From positions 45,260,001 to 45,324,000 of the forward strand of contig OX597833.1 of NCBI GenBank assembly GCA_951406725.2: a stretch of DNA of 64,000 nt. Reading direction: 5' to 3'. The DNA comes from Octopus vulgaris (Eukaryota). Of this stretch, positions 12,013 through 24,528 are shown piece after piece. Numbering within the stretch: position 1 is the first letter of the stretch; each line of letters opens with the position of its first letter. The translations under genes and the position numbers were made by a program. The notes beneath the pieces are model-generated. The model had not been told where the DNA came from and did not search any database. It was given only the letters and a program-made list of their open reading frames with translations.

Positions 12013-13209
12013 ATATATATATATATATATATATAGTACAAAGTAAGATAGGGGTTATGGGTGTAACCCACTATGGGATAGCATTTATCCAATATATTGT
12101 TGATGAATAAATAATCCAACATTATAATACGATTCCAATATTTATGATGGACAGATGTAAAGTCAAGTAAAATGACTTGACTTGATTTTTATTTTTCCAT
12201 ATATTATTTTTCAAACCCAACGTATAAATGAGAACAACTTAAGCCAAGGTATGCCTATATATATATAATATATATAAATTAGAGAAAAACCACTATTATG
12301 CAATTCAAACAATGATAGACATAAACCAGATCATAACTAAAAAATAAAATATATTTTAAAACATATAACTAGATCACAAAAAGTATAAAAATGAAATTTG
12401 ATTTAATACTAAATTGAATTTTTCCCTGTAAGTTTGGAGTTATACTCCCTAATATTATATATTAGGGAGTATAACTCCCCACCTCCCCACAACATCACAC
12501 CACACTACACTACACCATACAACATTACACATCACATCACAACACACCATTCACACACCCACACACCCATCCCCACATCTCCACACCCACACATACATAC
12601 ACACACACATCCAGACCACCAGCCCTCTTTCACACGCACATACATTCTCTCTCTTATACACACACGCACCTTTGTGTTGGGGGCACCTTCGTTTTGGAAG
12701 TCACTTGACCCTGTTATCTCCCCTACTGTCCCTCTCGCGTCTGACCACTGTCCGAAGTCAGGACGCCATGATAGATCGTTAGCTCCTACATGCATTTTTT
12801 TCTCTCCTTGTTTTTTTCTGTGTATCTTTCTGTCGAAGAGCGTAGGCTCGACACGTAAAAGACTTTTTCTAATTCTATTCCTGAGCGCTATACTAATACA
12901 TTTGTTTGTTTGTACTCCACCTGCCTTCATCTTTTGTTTATTTTCGTAAACTTTCCCGTTATATATATATATATAAAAAGGAAATGAAGAAAATGCTGAC
13001 AAAATAATTTAAGTAAGGGAGAGTGTATTTAATTAGGTGAAAGTTCTTTTTTTAAACAAAAAAAGAGAAAAATTGGGTTTTATATATATATATATATAAT
13101 ATATATATATAATTGGGTTATATATATATATATATAATGTGACCTCGTGTGTACCGTTGGTGATTTTTTTTCCTCTGTCTTCCCTTCTCTGGATCTTTCC
13201 TTCTCCTAT

Positions 13210-13244
13210 GTTTCTGACGAAGAACTCCGCTCGAAACGTTAAAC
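13210..13244 (+). ncRNA. Minimal hammerhead-like motif
   Basis: GUUU-CUGACGA-A-GAAC-UCC-GCUC-GAAAC-GUU|AAAC; palindromic AACGUU stem III; one stem II mismatch. Confidence 0.55.
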
Positions 13245-13338
13245 CCTCCTTCTTTCCTTCTCTCCTGAGCGTCCAATAATACTATATTTGTTTCACGTCC
13301 TCGCGTTGTGTTTTTTTTGTGCTTTCTTGTTTGGATTA

Positions 13339-13373
<35 letters not shown>

Positions 13374-13431
13374 CATATTAATTCCATGGCTTCATTTTGA
13401 AATGCTTATCCATTTTTATCATTTAATACAG

Positions 13432-13498
13432 CTAACAGATGGTCAAAATTATGAAGATTACCAAAGAAGAGAGCAACTGTATTCTCCGGAAGAATTAG
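13432..13498 (+). CDS. CCDC66: CCDC66-like exon 4: LTDGQNYEDYQRREQLYSPEEL
   Basis: tttaatacag|CTA...TTAG|gtgaat; phase 0-1. Confidence 0.65.
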
Positions 13499-14382
13499 GT
13501 GAATAAAGCATATTTTCTTGAAGATATTTATTTCTACAGTCTGTGTGTCTGTATCACTAACCTACACAAGGTTATTGGTGAGCTGATGTCGCCTTTCTAT
13601 GATAACTCAGGCCTGCTAGAAATAGCAACCAGTTTGCCTTCAAACAACACCCTACAGTCTTAGCCCTTTAGCATTTAACTGGCCATATCAGGCCCAAATA
13701 TTCTTTCTGTTTTATGTTCAAACCTGTCAGATCCAACCTTTCACACCCATTCTACAATGTCATTCCAAAAATAAACTATCACATCATCAAATGATGGGCT
13801 TATTTCAGTTCAAATCCACTCACAAGGCCTTGGTTGGCCTGAGGCTACAGTTGAAGACACTTGCCCAAGGTGCCACACAGTGGGACTGAACCCAGTACCA
13901 TGTGGTTGTGAAGCAAGCTTATTACCACACAACTACGCCTGTGCCTATAATGTGAATGGGCAACCAATGCTGGGTAAGATAGTGCTGTGAGCTATGTTCT
14001 CAGTGGACTGGTGAGTGGGGGGTACCTGTACAGCAAAGCAAGTCTGATGAGAATATGGAATATGGTTCCTATGTCTTCCTCACATCGAGTTGTTAGGCTA
14101 GTTCTCAAGATTCTGGGTGACATGAAGGAAGTAAAAACAAAATAAAAGATTGAGATTAGTAGCAATATGCTGTATTGTAGACACATCTAACTTATGCAAG
14201 AATGGAAACAGGATTTCAGAAAGTGATGATGATGGTGATAGTAGTGGTGCTGATGACGATGATGATGATGATGACAGTGGTGATGGTGGTGGTGATAATA
14301 ATGATGGTGGTGGCTGTGGCGGTGGTGGTGGTGGTGGCGGTGGTGGTGGTGGTGGTAGTGGTGGTGGTGATGATGATATGTA

Positions 14383-14414
<32 letters not shown>

Positions 14415-14956
14415 CGTGCGTGTGTGAGCATATGCGTGCACATGTATGTGCATGTGTGAGAGTAATCGAAAAGAAATCAAGTTACAGAAAAGATTGCCAA
14501 TTATTACATCATTAATAAATTATAAGTACAGTTGTTATAATGTTGATAATTAATTGATCATTGCTCAGCCATTAATATTTATGAATTTGGGTGTGGGACT
14601 TTGGCTGTGTGGTAACTTCGTTATGCTAAGATACAAGTTATCTTAGTGGAAGATGTTTCAAACCTATGTAACTGCATCGCTAACTTTCTCATCTATTTGA
14701 CTCTACCTTTTCGTCTGTCTTTACCTTCTGAGTTCAAATTCTACCGAGGTCGACTTTGCCTTTCATCCTTCCAGGGTCAATAAACTAAGTACCTGTCGCG
14801 TCCTGGGGTCAATCTAATCAACTGGCCCTCTCCCCCAAAATTTTGAGCCTTGTGCCTAGAGTAGAAAACATTATTATTTATCAATTTTCATTTATTATTT
14901 ATCAATTTTCATTTATTATTTAATTAGTTTGTTCATTAATCTATTATTCTATACAG

Positions 14957-15065
14957 ATCAGAAAAAAGAAGAGAAAAGCCCCAAAATACTCCATGAAGCG
15001 GGAAAATATCAACAAGCAGAATCCAGCAGGATAGAATCTCCACCCGAGAGCTCAAGAACACACAA
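14957..15065 (+). CDS. CCDC66: CCDC66-like exon 5: DQKKEEKSPK...SSRTHK
   Basis: ttctatacag|AT...CACAA|gtatag (weak donor); phase 1-2 bridges exons 4 and 6. Confidence 0.6.
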
Positions 15066-16147
15066 GTATAGTATATTATGTTAAGGCACATGGCTTAATG
15101 GTTAGGATACTCAGCTCATGATCACAAGGTTGTGAGTTCAATTCCTGGTGACACATTGTGTTCTTCAGCAAGACATTTTATTTCCTGTTGCAGCAGTCCA
15201 CTCAGCTGGCAAAAACGTGTAGTACCCGTATTTCAAAGGGCCGGTCTTGTCACGTTCTGTGTCATGCTGAATCTTTGTGAGAACTATGTTAACTCTTTCA
15301 CATTTAAACCGGCCATACCCAGCCAAAATATTCTACTTGCAAAATGTTCACATATTTTTCTTTTATTCTTTTACTTGTTTCAGTCATTTGACTGCGGCCA
15401 TGCTGGAGCACCGCCTTTAGTCGAGCAAATCGACCCCAGGACTTATTCTTTGTAAGCCCAGTACTTATTCTATCGTTCTCTTTTGCCGAACTGCTAAGTG
15501 ACGGGGACATAAACACACCAGCATCGGTTGTCAAGCAATGCTAGGGGGACAAACACAGATATACAAACACACACACATATATATATATATACATATATAT
15601 GACAGGCTTCTTTTAGTTTCCATCTACCAAATCCACTCACAAGGCATTGGTCGGCCCTGGGCTATAGCAGAAGACACTTGCCCAAGATGTCACGCAGTGG
15701 GACTGAACCCGGAACCATGTGGCTGGTTAGCAAGCTACTTACCACACAGCCACTCCTGCGCCTATTTTTTAATTCTTTTATTCTTTTATTCTTTTATATG
15801 TTTCAGTCATTTGACTGTGGCCATGCTGGAGCACTGCCTTTAGTCGAACAAGTTGACCTCAGGACTTATTTTCTGTAAGCCTAGTACTTATTATATCAGT
15901 CTCTTTGGCTGAACCGCTAAATTACGAGGACGTAAACACACCAGCATCAGTTGTCGAGGGATGGTGGGGAGGTGGGGGACACAAACATAGACCACAAACA
16001 TACACACACACAAACACATATATATTAGCCTGCTCCCTTAGCCAACAGGGTGGCATCATTGAAGGCTAAAACAATGCGAAGTGCATTGTGAACAGCGATG
16101 TGTAGCAACATCTGATGGCCTGGTTGGTCATGTGATCATGTGATATA

Positions 16148-16900
16148 TCATCATCATCATCATCATCGTTTAACGTCTGCTTTCCATGCTAGCATGGGTT
16201 GGACGATTTTGACTGAGGGATGGCGAACCAGATGGCTGCACCAGGCTCCGATCTTAATCTGGCAGAGTTTCTACAGCTGGATGCCCTTCCTAATGCCAAC
16301 CACTCTCAGTGTGTATTGGGTGCTTTTTATGTGCCACTGGCATGGGGACCAGTCAGGCGGTACTGGCAATGACCTCGCTCGAATCTTTTTACACACGCCA
16401 CCGGCCCATATGCCAGTAAGGCGACGTTGGTAACGATCACGCTCGAATGGTGCCCTTTTACGTTCCACTGGCACAGAAGCTGGTTGGCTGCTCTGGCAAC
16501 GATCACGCTTGGATGATGCTTTTGGCACCCTATTAGCACGGGTACAAGTGCCAGTAAGGCGACGCTGGTAACGATCACACTTGAATGGTGCCTTTTATGT
16601 GCCACTGGCATGGAAGCTGGTTAGCTGCTCTGTCAACGATCACACTCGTATGGTGCTCTTTGCACCCCGCTAGCATGGATGCCAGTCATCGAATTTGATT
16701 TTGATTTTGATTTCACTTGCCTCAACAGGTCTTCGCAAGCAGAGTTTAGTGTCCAAAGAAGGAAAAGGTACGCATAAGCGGGCTGGTTACGCACCTGGCA
16801 TAGGCCACAGGTTATGGTCTCATTTGGCTTGCCAGGTCTTCTCAAGCACAGCATATTTCCAAAAGTCTTGGTCTCTAGTCATTTCCTTGGTGAGGCCTAA
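16148..16900 (-). mobile_element. RTE-clade LINE 3' end (ORF C-terminus, 3' UTR and tail)
   Basis: Minus strand 16900-16820 reads LGLTKEMTRDQDFWKYAVLEKTWQAK*, followed by the tandem-unit UTR and (GAT)n. Confidence 0.75.
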
Positions 16901-18583
16901 TGTATATATATATATATATACACAAAACAGGCTTCTTTCAATTTCCATCTACTGAATCCACTCACAAGGCTTTGTTTGGTCGGCCGGAGGCTTTAGTAGA
17001 AGACAGTTGCCCAAGGTGTCACACAGTGGGATTGAACTAGGAACCATGTGGTTGGTAAGCAAGCTACTTACCTCACAGACAGATCTGATCTCTCATGCTT
17101 ACCCTACAATGTCATTCTAAAACTAAACTATTACATCATCAAAATTTCAAGGCTAGGAGATCATGTATGATTATCTGAAAACAATACGAATGAATAGACA
17201 TTACATCTGGCAGAATAATCGTTTAGTCATTTAAATTGATCGCACTGCTTTTATTTTATGCCTGGTGCTTATTCTATCAGTCTCTTTTGCTGAAATGCTA
17301 AGTTACAGGGATGTAAATGTAAACAAACCAACACTGGTTGTCAAGCAGTGGGGAGACAAACACACACATGTACAGACACACACGTACATACATACACATG
17401 TACATACACACACATGTACACATACACACGCATTCACACATGCATACACACACACACATACATGCACATACACACATGCTCTTCCCCTCTGGCTAGGTAA
17501 CTAAGTATCTCCTTTGCATCAGCACACCTGTTTCTGTCCTCTTTCTTGTTACCACTTCCCCTCTCTCCCCCCCTCTCTGGTTGTGTAACCATGTACCTCC
17601 TCTACAACAAGACAAATGTTTCTGCCTCTCTGTGTCTCTTAGTATCCATAGGCATCAGGTATAACATTACTTTATATCGCCTGAGGAAATGAATCTATGA
17701 AGATGATCTATTCGATGCCCATGGATACTATGGGCTACCCTGCAATCATCCTAGAAATATGGACTGTGATCTTAAGAGACATGTAATTTGTGGTAACACC
17801 TGTTGTGATGCATTAAATTGATTATAAATTCCACTCAAGGATTATTGTTATTATTATATTTATCCTACATTATATTGGTACAGCTCGATACAACCCCAAA
17901 AAACTGGTTCACCAGTCAGCATCATTAGACTGTGGCCGCCATAATGGAATAGGAGCTTTATTTGCATATTGAAAATGTTTCCTGTAAACAAATTTAAAAG
18001 ATATATATATATATCTTTTAAATATATATCTTTTATATATATATCTTTTAAATTTGATTCAAAATGTGACCGCGTCTGTACCGTTGGCGATTTTTTTTCC
18101 TCTATCTTCCCTTCTCTGGATCTTTCCTTCTCCTATGTTTCCGACGAAGAGCTCCACTTGAAACGTTAAACCCTCCTTCTTTCCTTCTTTCCTGAGCATC
18201 CAATAATACTATATTTGTTCCACGTCCTCACGTTGCTGTGTTTTTTTGTGCTTTCATGTTTGGATTAACTTTATATATATATATACAAACATACACACAT
18301 ATATATGTCTGTATATATATATATGTGTATATGTGTGTGTGTGTGTGTGTGTATCACTGGTTTATATCTATTAAATTCACTCACAAGGTATTATTGGTTG
18401 GTCTGAGACTATAGCTGTAGACACTTTCCCAGGATGCTGTGCAGTGGGACTGAACCCAAAGCCATATTGGTTGCGAAGCAAGTTTCTTAACCACACAGCC
18501 ATGCTCATGCCTTGCTTGGTTTCATAAACAAACGAAAAAGAAATATTTTAATTCAAGATTTATTTCCATTTATCTTCATGCAG

Positions 18584-18674
18584 GTCTCATCTGCGAGGGG
18601 CCCTTACCATTCACACGGATCCAATCACTCAGCAACAGCTTGAAGAGAAAAAACGCAAAAATCAAGAGCTGATG
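18584..18674 (+). CDS. CCDC66: CCDC66-like exon 6: SHLRGALTIHTDPITQQQLEEKKRKNQELM
   Basis: cttcatgcag|G...ATG|gtaatt; start of the conserved CCDC66 domain. Confidence 0.85.
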
Positions 18675-18838
18675 GTAATTTGTCTTTTACTGAATAGTTT
18701 ACATAGTATGTTGTATGTATACAGGTTTTGTGTGTGTTTCTATGTGCGTTTGTATGTGTTTGTGTGTATATGTTGATACTAATATATACTCATACTGTAG
18801 AAGTATTAGTAGTGTTGCTCAGGGCTGTTTTAGTAGTA

Positions 18839-19301
18839 CAGTAGTACCTCGGTTTTCAAACAATTCTTATCACATATGAATCGTGCTTTATCTCCTGTCT
18901 TTCTCATTTTCATTTAATACAGTAGTACCTTAGTTTACAAACACCTCTGACCAAGAATAAATTGTACTTGATATATATATATGTATATTGTTTGTTCTTT
19001 CTTGAGCCACGCCTGGCTCATTAGGGCTGGTTTCCCGGTTTCCTTGGTGTATAGGTTCCCCACCTGGACGGGACGCCAGTCCGTCGCAGGTGAGCTGCAA
19101 GATGCAAGAGGAAAGAGTGAGAGAAAGTTGTGGCGAAAGAGTCAGCAGAAGTTTGCCATTACCTTCTGCCGGAGGCGCGTGGAGCTTAGGTGTTTCACTC
19201 ATAAACACACACATTGCCCGATCTGAGATTCAAACCTGCGATCCCTCAACTGCGAGTCCGCTACTCCAACCACTAGGCCATGTGCCTCCACTATAAATAT
19301 A

Positions 19302-19370
<69 letters not shown>

Positions 19371-19416
19371 ATAATTTGTTCATGATCAGAGCTGTTTGAA
19401 AACCGAGGTACTACTG
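18839..19416. mobile_element. pogo/Tigger-like MITE (TA TSD) with a nested SINE D copy (18985-19290, -)
   Basis: TA|CAGTAGTACCTCGGTTTTCAAACA ... TGTTTGAAAACCGAGGTACTACTG|TA; extra TIR copy at 18920. Confidence 0.7.
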
Positions 19417-19429
19417 TATTATACTGTGT

Positions 19430-19915
19430 AACAAAATTATAATTTTTTTTTTTCTCTTTGGTCAGTAAGTGTTATTTCTTATTTTCTATCTAGAAATCAA
19501 AGGAAATGACTACTATTCCCTTCAAACTTTGCTTTTGTGACCTGGTCATCAATGTTTTGAAACCAACTTAGTTCTATTACGTTTCAGACAGATTTGGTGC
19601 TGAGTTGCTGAAGCAGAAATATCATAGCAGCTAATATTCTGCTCAGTATCACAAATTTGCTTGTAAGTTGCTTGACCATAACTACTTGAGCATGTCCCTT
19701 AGTGGCTGAAAGTATGTGCATCTCTGATGAGGAACAGGAGTAGTGGGGGTGGGGGGAACATTATAGCCATGTGTAGAGGTGGATTCTTTGGGGTTTGAAT
19801 AAACGTAAGAAAAGCAAAGTTTGAAGGCAATATTAGTAATCTTATATTTTCTAGTGTTAAGCAAATAGGAAATAACAGTTGCTACCCATGGACAAAAATC
19901 ATGTTACACAGTGTG
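19430..19915. repeat. Unclassified ~480-bp dispersed repeat; inverse copy at 25174-25625, fragment at 26115-26230
   Basis: Direct sequence similarity seen between the copies. Confidence 0.7.
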
Positions 19916-20571
19916 ATAGGTCTGACGCAATCAATGCATTGAGTTCTACTGTGTATATTTATTAATAGCAAGCCACAGCAAAGATTGGAGTTGGGCCCCT
20001 AGACCTGTAAGGCTCCTAGGTGACAGCCTGGTATGTCAATGCCTTATAATGACACTAGTGTGGTTGATGTATGAAGATACAGACAATGGTGATTGTATTT
20101 TGTCTTTGTTGGTTTGGTCTAGAGGAAAGGGGTTGTGTTTTCTGAGATAGGTGGGTGTCAATATGGCCTGTGTTATTGAACAACTGCATGTTCACAGCTA
20201 CAGGAAAATGTTAGGAAAGGAGGGGATTCCTGAGGGAGGATGTAATGTTCTGGGGAAGAAGAACTGGAATGGTTGTTGGTGTGAAGCCTAAAGAAGTAGA
20301 CATTTCTCAGAAATGTATCATGCTAGGCATGATACATTCTGGTCTGTAACAGTGCTGTTGATGCAACACACAGACGTTCTAGTTTGCATTCAAACACAAA
20401 AATTAAAAAAGAAAGGAGTGGCTGTGTGGTAAGTAGCTTGCTTACCAACCACATGGTTCCGGGTTCAGTCCCACTGCATGGCACCTTGGGCAAGTGTCTT
20501 CTACTATAGCCTCGGGCTGATCAAAGCCTTGTGAGTGGATTTGGTAGACAGAAACTGAAAGAAGCCCGTCG

Positions 20572-20603
<32 letters not shown>

Positions 20604-21614
20604 TGTGTGTGTTTGTGTGTCTGTGTTTGTCCCCCTAGCATTGCTTGACAACCAATGCTGGTGTGTTTATATCCCCGTTACTTAGCCGTTCAGCAAAAGA
20701 GACCGATAGAATAAGTACTGGGCTTACAAAAGAATAAGTCCCAGGGTCGAGTTGCTCGATTAAAGGTGGTGCTCTAGCATGGCCACAGTTAAATGACTGA
20801 AACAAGTAAAAGAGTAAGAGTAAAGAGTAACTGATGAGCATGGATTCACATAATATCACATTCCAGCTTTTGGTCCACGGATGAGCAGACTTTCCACTCT
20901 GCCTTTTCTACTGATACAACAGTGACTTCTGCAACACAGAGCAGGCTGGTCACGTGTCACCTCTACTCAGGCAATTCTGGCTCATTCACCTCTCTTCCTC
21001 TTGTCCTGGTTCTTCGTGTGGTGAACTCAGGTCCCGCCGAGGTCAACTTTGCCTTTCATCCTTTCAGGCTTGATAATATAAAGTATCAGTCAAGTGCTAG
21101 AGTAGATAAAATAAAGTTCCAGTCAAGTAATAGGCTCCATATAATCATTTTACTCTTACACTAAAAGTTGCTGGCCTTGTGCCAAAATTAGATTTATAAT
21201 AGGAGAAACATCGTGAATTAGTATATTTGTAGCTGAAAAATGTATGGGATTGGTAGAATGGTGAACAAAATACCCGGTAGTATTCAGTTACATCTCTATG
21301 TTTTAAGGTTGATAAAATGAAGACCAGTATGGAACTTTGTGTAGCTGATTATACCCATTCTCGAAAACTGTGGACTTTTTCTGGTGTAAATCATTAATTG
21401 TACAAAAAGAAGTTATCTCCCTGGAAGAATATTATCTACAGAGCAGTAAGAGTTATTTCCCCTGGCGAAAAGAGTCTTTACTCCCGTTGAAAGTGTTCGT
21501 TATCACAAGAAATTTGCCACAACTGGAGTCGATGTAATTGACTTGCCCCTCCCCTCAAAACTACTGGCTATACGCTAACATCAGAAATAATTATTATTCT
21601 TGTTGTTGTTCTTA

Positions 21615-22270
21615 TTGGTTTCAAATTTTGGTACAAGGCCAGCAAGTTAGAGGGAAGAGCACATGTCCATTACATCGACATCCTACCCGCCCCGTGTTCA
21701 ACTAGTACTTATTTTATCGACCCCGAAAGGATGACAGACGAAGTCGACCTCGGCGAAATTTGAATTCAGAACGTAAAGACGGACGAAATGCCGCTAAGCA
21801 TTTTACCCAGCGTCCTAACGATTCTTATTTCTTATTTCTTTACTGCCCACAAGGGGCTACACACAGAGGAGACAAACACGGACAGACATAGGTATTAAGT
21901 CGATTGCATCAACCCCAGTGCATAACTGGTACTTATTTAATCGACAAAGGCAAAGTCGACCTCGGCGGAATTTGAACTCAGATCGTAGCGGCAGACGAAA
22001 CACCGCTAAGAATTTCGCCCGGCGTGCCAACGATTCTTATTTCTTTATTGCCCACAAGGGGCTAAACATAGAGGGGACAAACAAGGACAGACAAAGGGAT
22101 TAAGTCGATAATATCGACCCTAGTGCGTAACTGGTACTTAATTTATCGACCTCGAAAGGATGAAAGGCAAAGTTGACCTCGGCGGAATTTGAACTCAGAA
22201 CGCAGCGGCGGACGAAATACCACAAAGCATTTCGCCCGGCGTGCTAACGATGCTGCCAGCTCGCCGCCTT
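21615..22270 (-). mobile_element. Head-to-tail trimer of SINE B (last unit an older variant with a different tail)
   Basis: Junctions AAGAAATAAGAAT(AAGAAT)CGTT(G/A)G on the minus strand. Confidence 0.8.
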
Positions 22271-22776
22271 TGTTGTTCTGGTTAATATATAGTTTTAACA
22301 TCCGGTCAAATAAACAAAAAACAAAAAACATTCTAATAGGTGTGAAGAATGTGTAGAAAACGAATATGAAAAAAAAATTTGTGCAAACGAACGCGGTGGG
22401 GTAGGGATGGGAGAGGACTTTCGGAAAATTCTCACGATCTGATTTTTCCCATATAATGTCCAGGAAAATGGATATATATTTATGAAATTTTATAGAAATA
22501 CTTTACAAATGGCATAGATTACGATTATTAAAAAATTGTGAGGAAAATCGGGTCGTGTGAATTATCCGAAATTCGTTTACTCTTACTCTCTTTTACTCTT
22601 TTACTTGTTTCAGTCATTTGACTTCTGCGGCCATGCTGGAGCACCGCCTTTAGTCGAGGAAATCGACCCCAAGACTTATTCTCTCGGTCTCTTTTGCCGA
22701 ACCGCTAAGTTACGGCGACGTAAACACACCAGCATCGGTTGTCAAGCGATGTTGGGGGGGGGGGACAGACACACAA

Positions 22777-22859
<83 letters not shown>

Positions 22860-23026
22860 CGACGAGCTTCTTTTCAGTTTCTGTCTACCAAATCCACTCA
22901 CAAGGCTTTGGTCGACCCGAGGCTCTGTTGTCAAGCGATGTTGGGGGGGGGGGGGAATACAGACACACAAACACACACACACACACACACGCGCGCGCGC
23001 ACACACACACACACACACGCACACAC

Positions 23027-23079
<53 letters not shown>

Positions 23080-23542
23080 CACGACGAGCTTCTTTTCAGT
23101 TTCTGTCTACCAAATCCACTCACAAGGCTTTGGTCGACCCGAGGCTATAATAGAAGACACTTGCCCAAGATGCCACGCGGTGGGACTGAACCCGGAACCA
23201 TGTGGTTGGTAAGCGAGCTACTTACTACGCAGCCACTCCTGCGCCTAAATTTTTTTCATATTCGTTTTCTCTGCATTCTTTCACGCTTACTAGAGTGTTT
23301 TTATTTTATTTTTTTGCTTTGGTGACCGGTTGTTAAACTATATATTAACCGTTGTTCTTATTTACGTTAGTTTATGATGGGTGTAATATTCTATGTGTAC
23401 TGAGTTTATGAGCTTTTATGAATTTTATTGCCTTGGAAGAATATTTTGAACAATGGAGAGAAGTGAAGCAGTAAGAGTTATTTCCCTTGGCAGTATCTTC
23501 TGTTGAAAAGATTCATTATAACTGGAAATCCTTAGATTTTTC

Positions 23543-23957
23543 GGATCTTTTCGGTTTGAACGGCAGTTTTTTCTCGAGGTGTCATATGAAATTGTCACCC
23601 ATAATTATGACCCTAGTATCGATCTATTGCATTTCAATCTGTTTTAGGGTTAGGGGTGGGGGGAAGGGTATCTTTTTTTTCTTCAGAAATATAAATAAAC
23701 CCAATCTGTTTCTTAAACGAGGGACATATTCATACGGCACAGAATGTTTTTTTTACCTCAATAGACGTCAGTGATTGGTTAAAATTGCAGAAATTGAAGA
23801 AAAAAAAACAACAAATATCTTACAAACTATAGAATTTTCTCAATAAAGCCAAGAGAAAAAGATGTTTTTTAAACACATTCTACCAGTATACGATGTTTAA
23901 AATTTTTTAGTTACCTAGAAATTATGTTAAAAACTGCCATTCAAACCGAAAAGATCC
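23543..23957. mobile_element. MITE, GG-starting ~28-bp TIRs, perfect 8-bp TSD GATTTTTC (Merlin-like)
   Basis: TSD at 23535-23542 and 23958-23965; internal TTAGGG units. Confidence 0.82.
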
Positions 23958-24366
23958 GATTTTTCCATGAACGTATATGTCTTTCTCATAATCTTTTCTG
24001 TATATACAGTTTTACGTAACATGGAAGGGTGGTTAAAAAATGCGCTATTCAACTATGAGGTTCTGGGTTCAGTCTCACTGCGAAATAACTTGGGCGAGTG
24101 TCTTGCATCATAAATATTTTTTTCTTAATCGTATGAATTTCTGTGTGTAGAACACAAATTCGCATAAATTTTCTGAAAATTCCTATTGGTAAAAGTTACG
24201 AGAAGTTATATGGGGTGCTTAAACTAGAATTCCGTCAGAGAAATAAGTGAACGCTACTTAAGAATGAGTGATAGTGGTAAGGAATGGGTGAGAATTGATT
24301 TGAGAAAATTACCCTGAAATCAGTCAAATAAATAAATTGGTAGCAATCGTTGCATTTTGATGCCAG

Positions 24367-24528
24367 TTGGAACTAAAAGCCCAGATTGATGAACAGAAGA
24401 AAGCCAAAGAACTACAGTGGAAACAGAAGCAGATGGAAGATGCTGAAGCTGAACGAAAGATGCTGGAAGAGCAGAAGATATTACAAAAGCTTCATGAAAC
24501 AGAGATTCAGTTGGAGAAAAAGAAAAAG
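24367..24528 (+). CDS. CCDC66: CCDC66-like exon 7: coiled coil LELKAQIDEQKK...EIQLEKKKK
   Basis: tgccag|TTG...AAG|gtgagt; 162 nt, E/K/Q-rich heptads. Confidence 0.88.
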
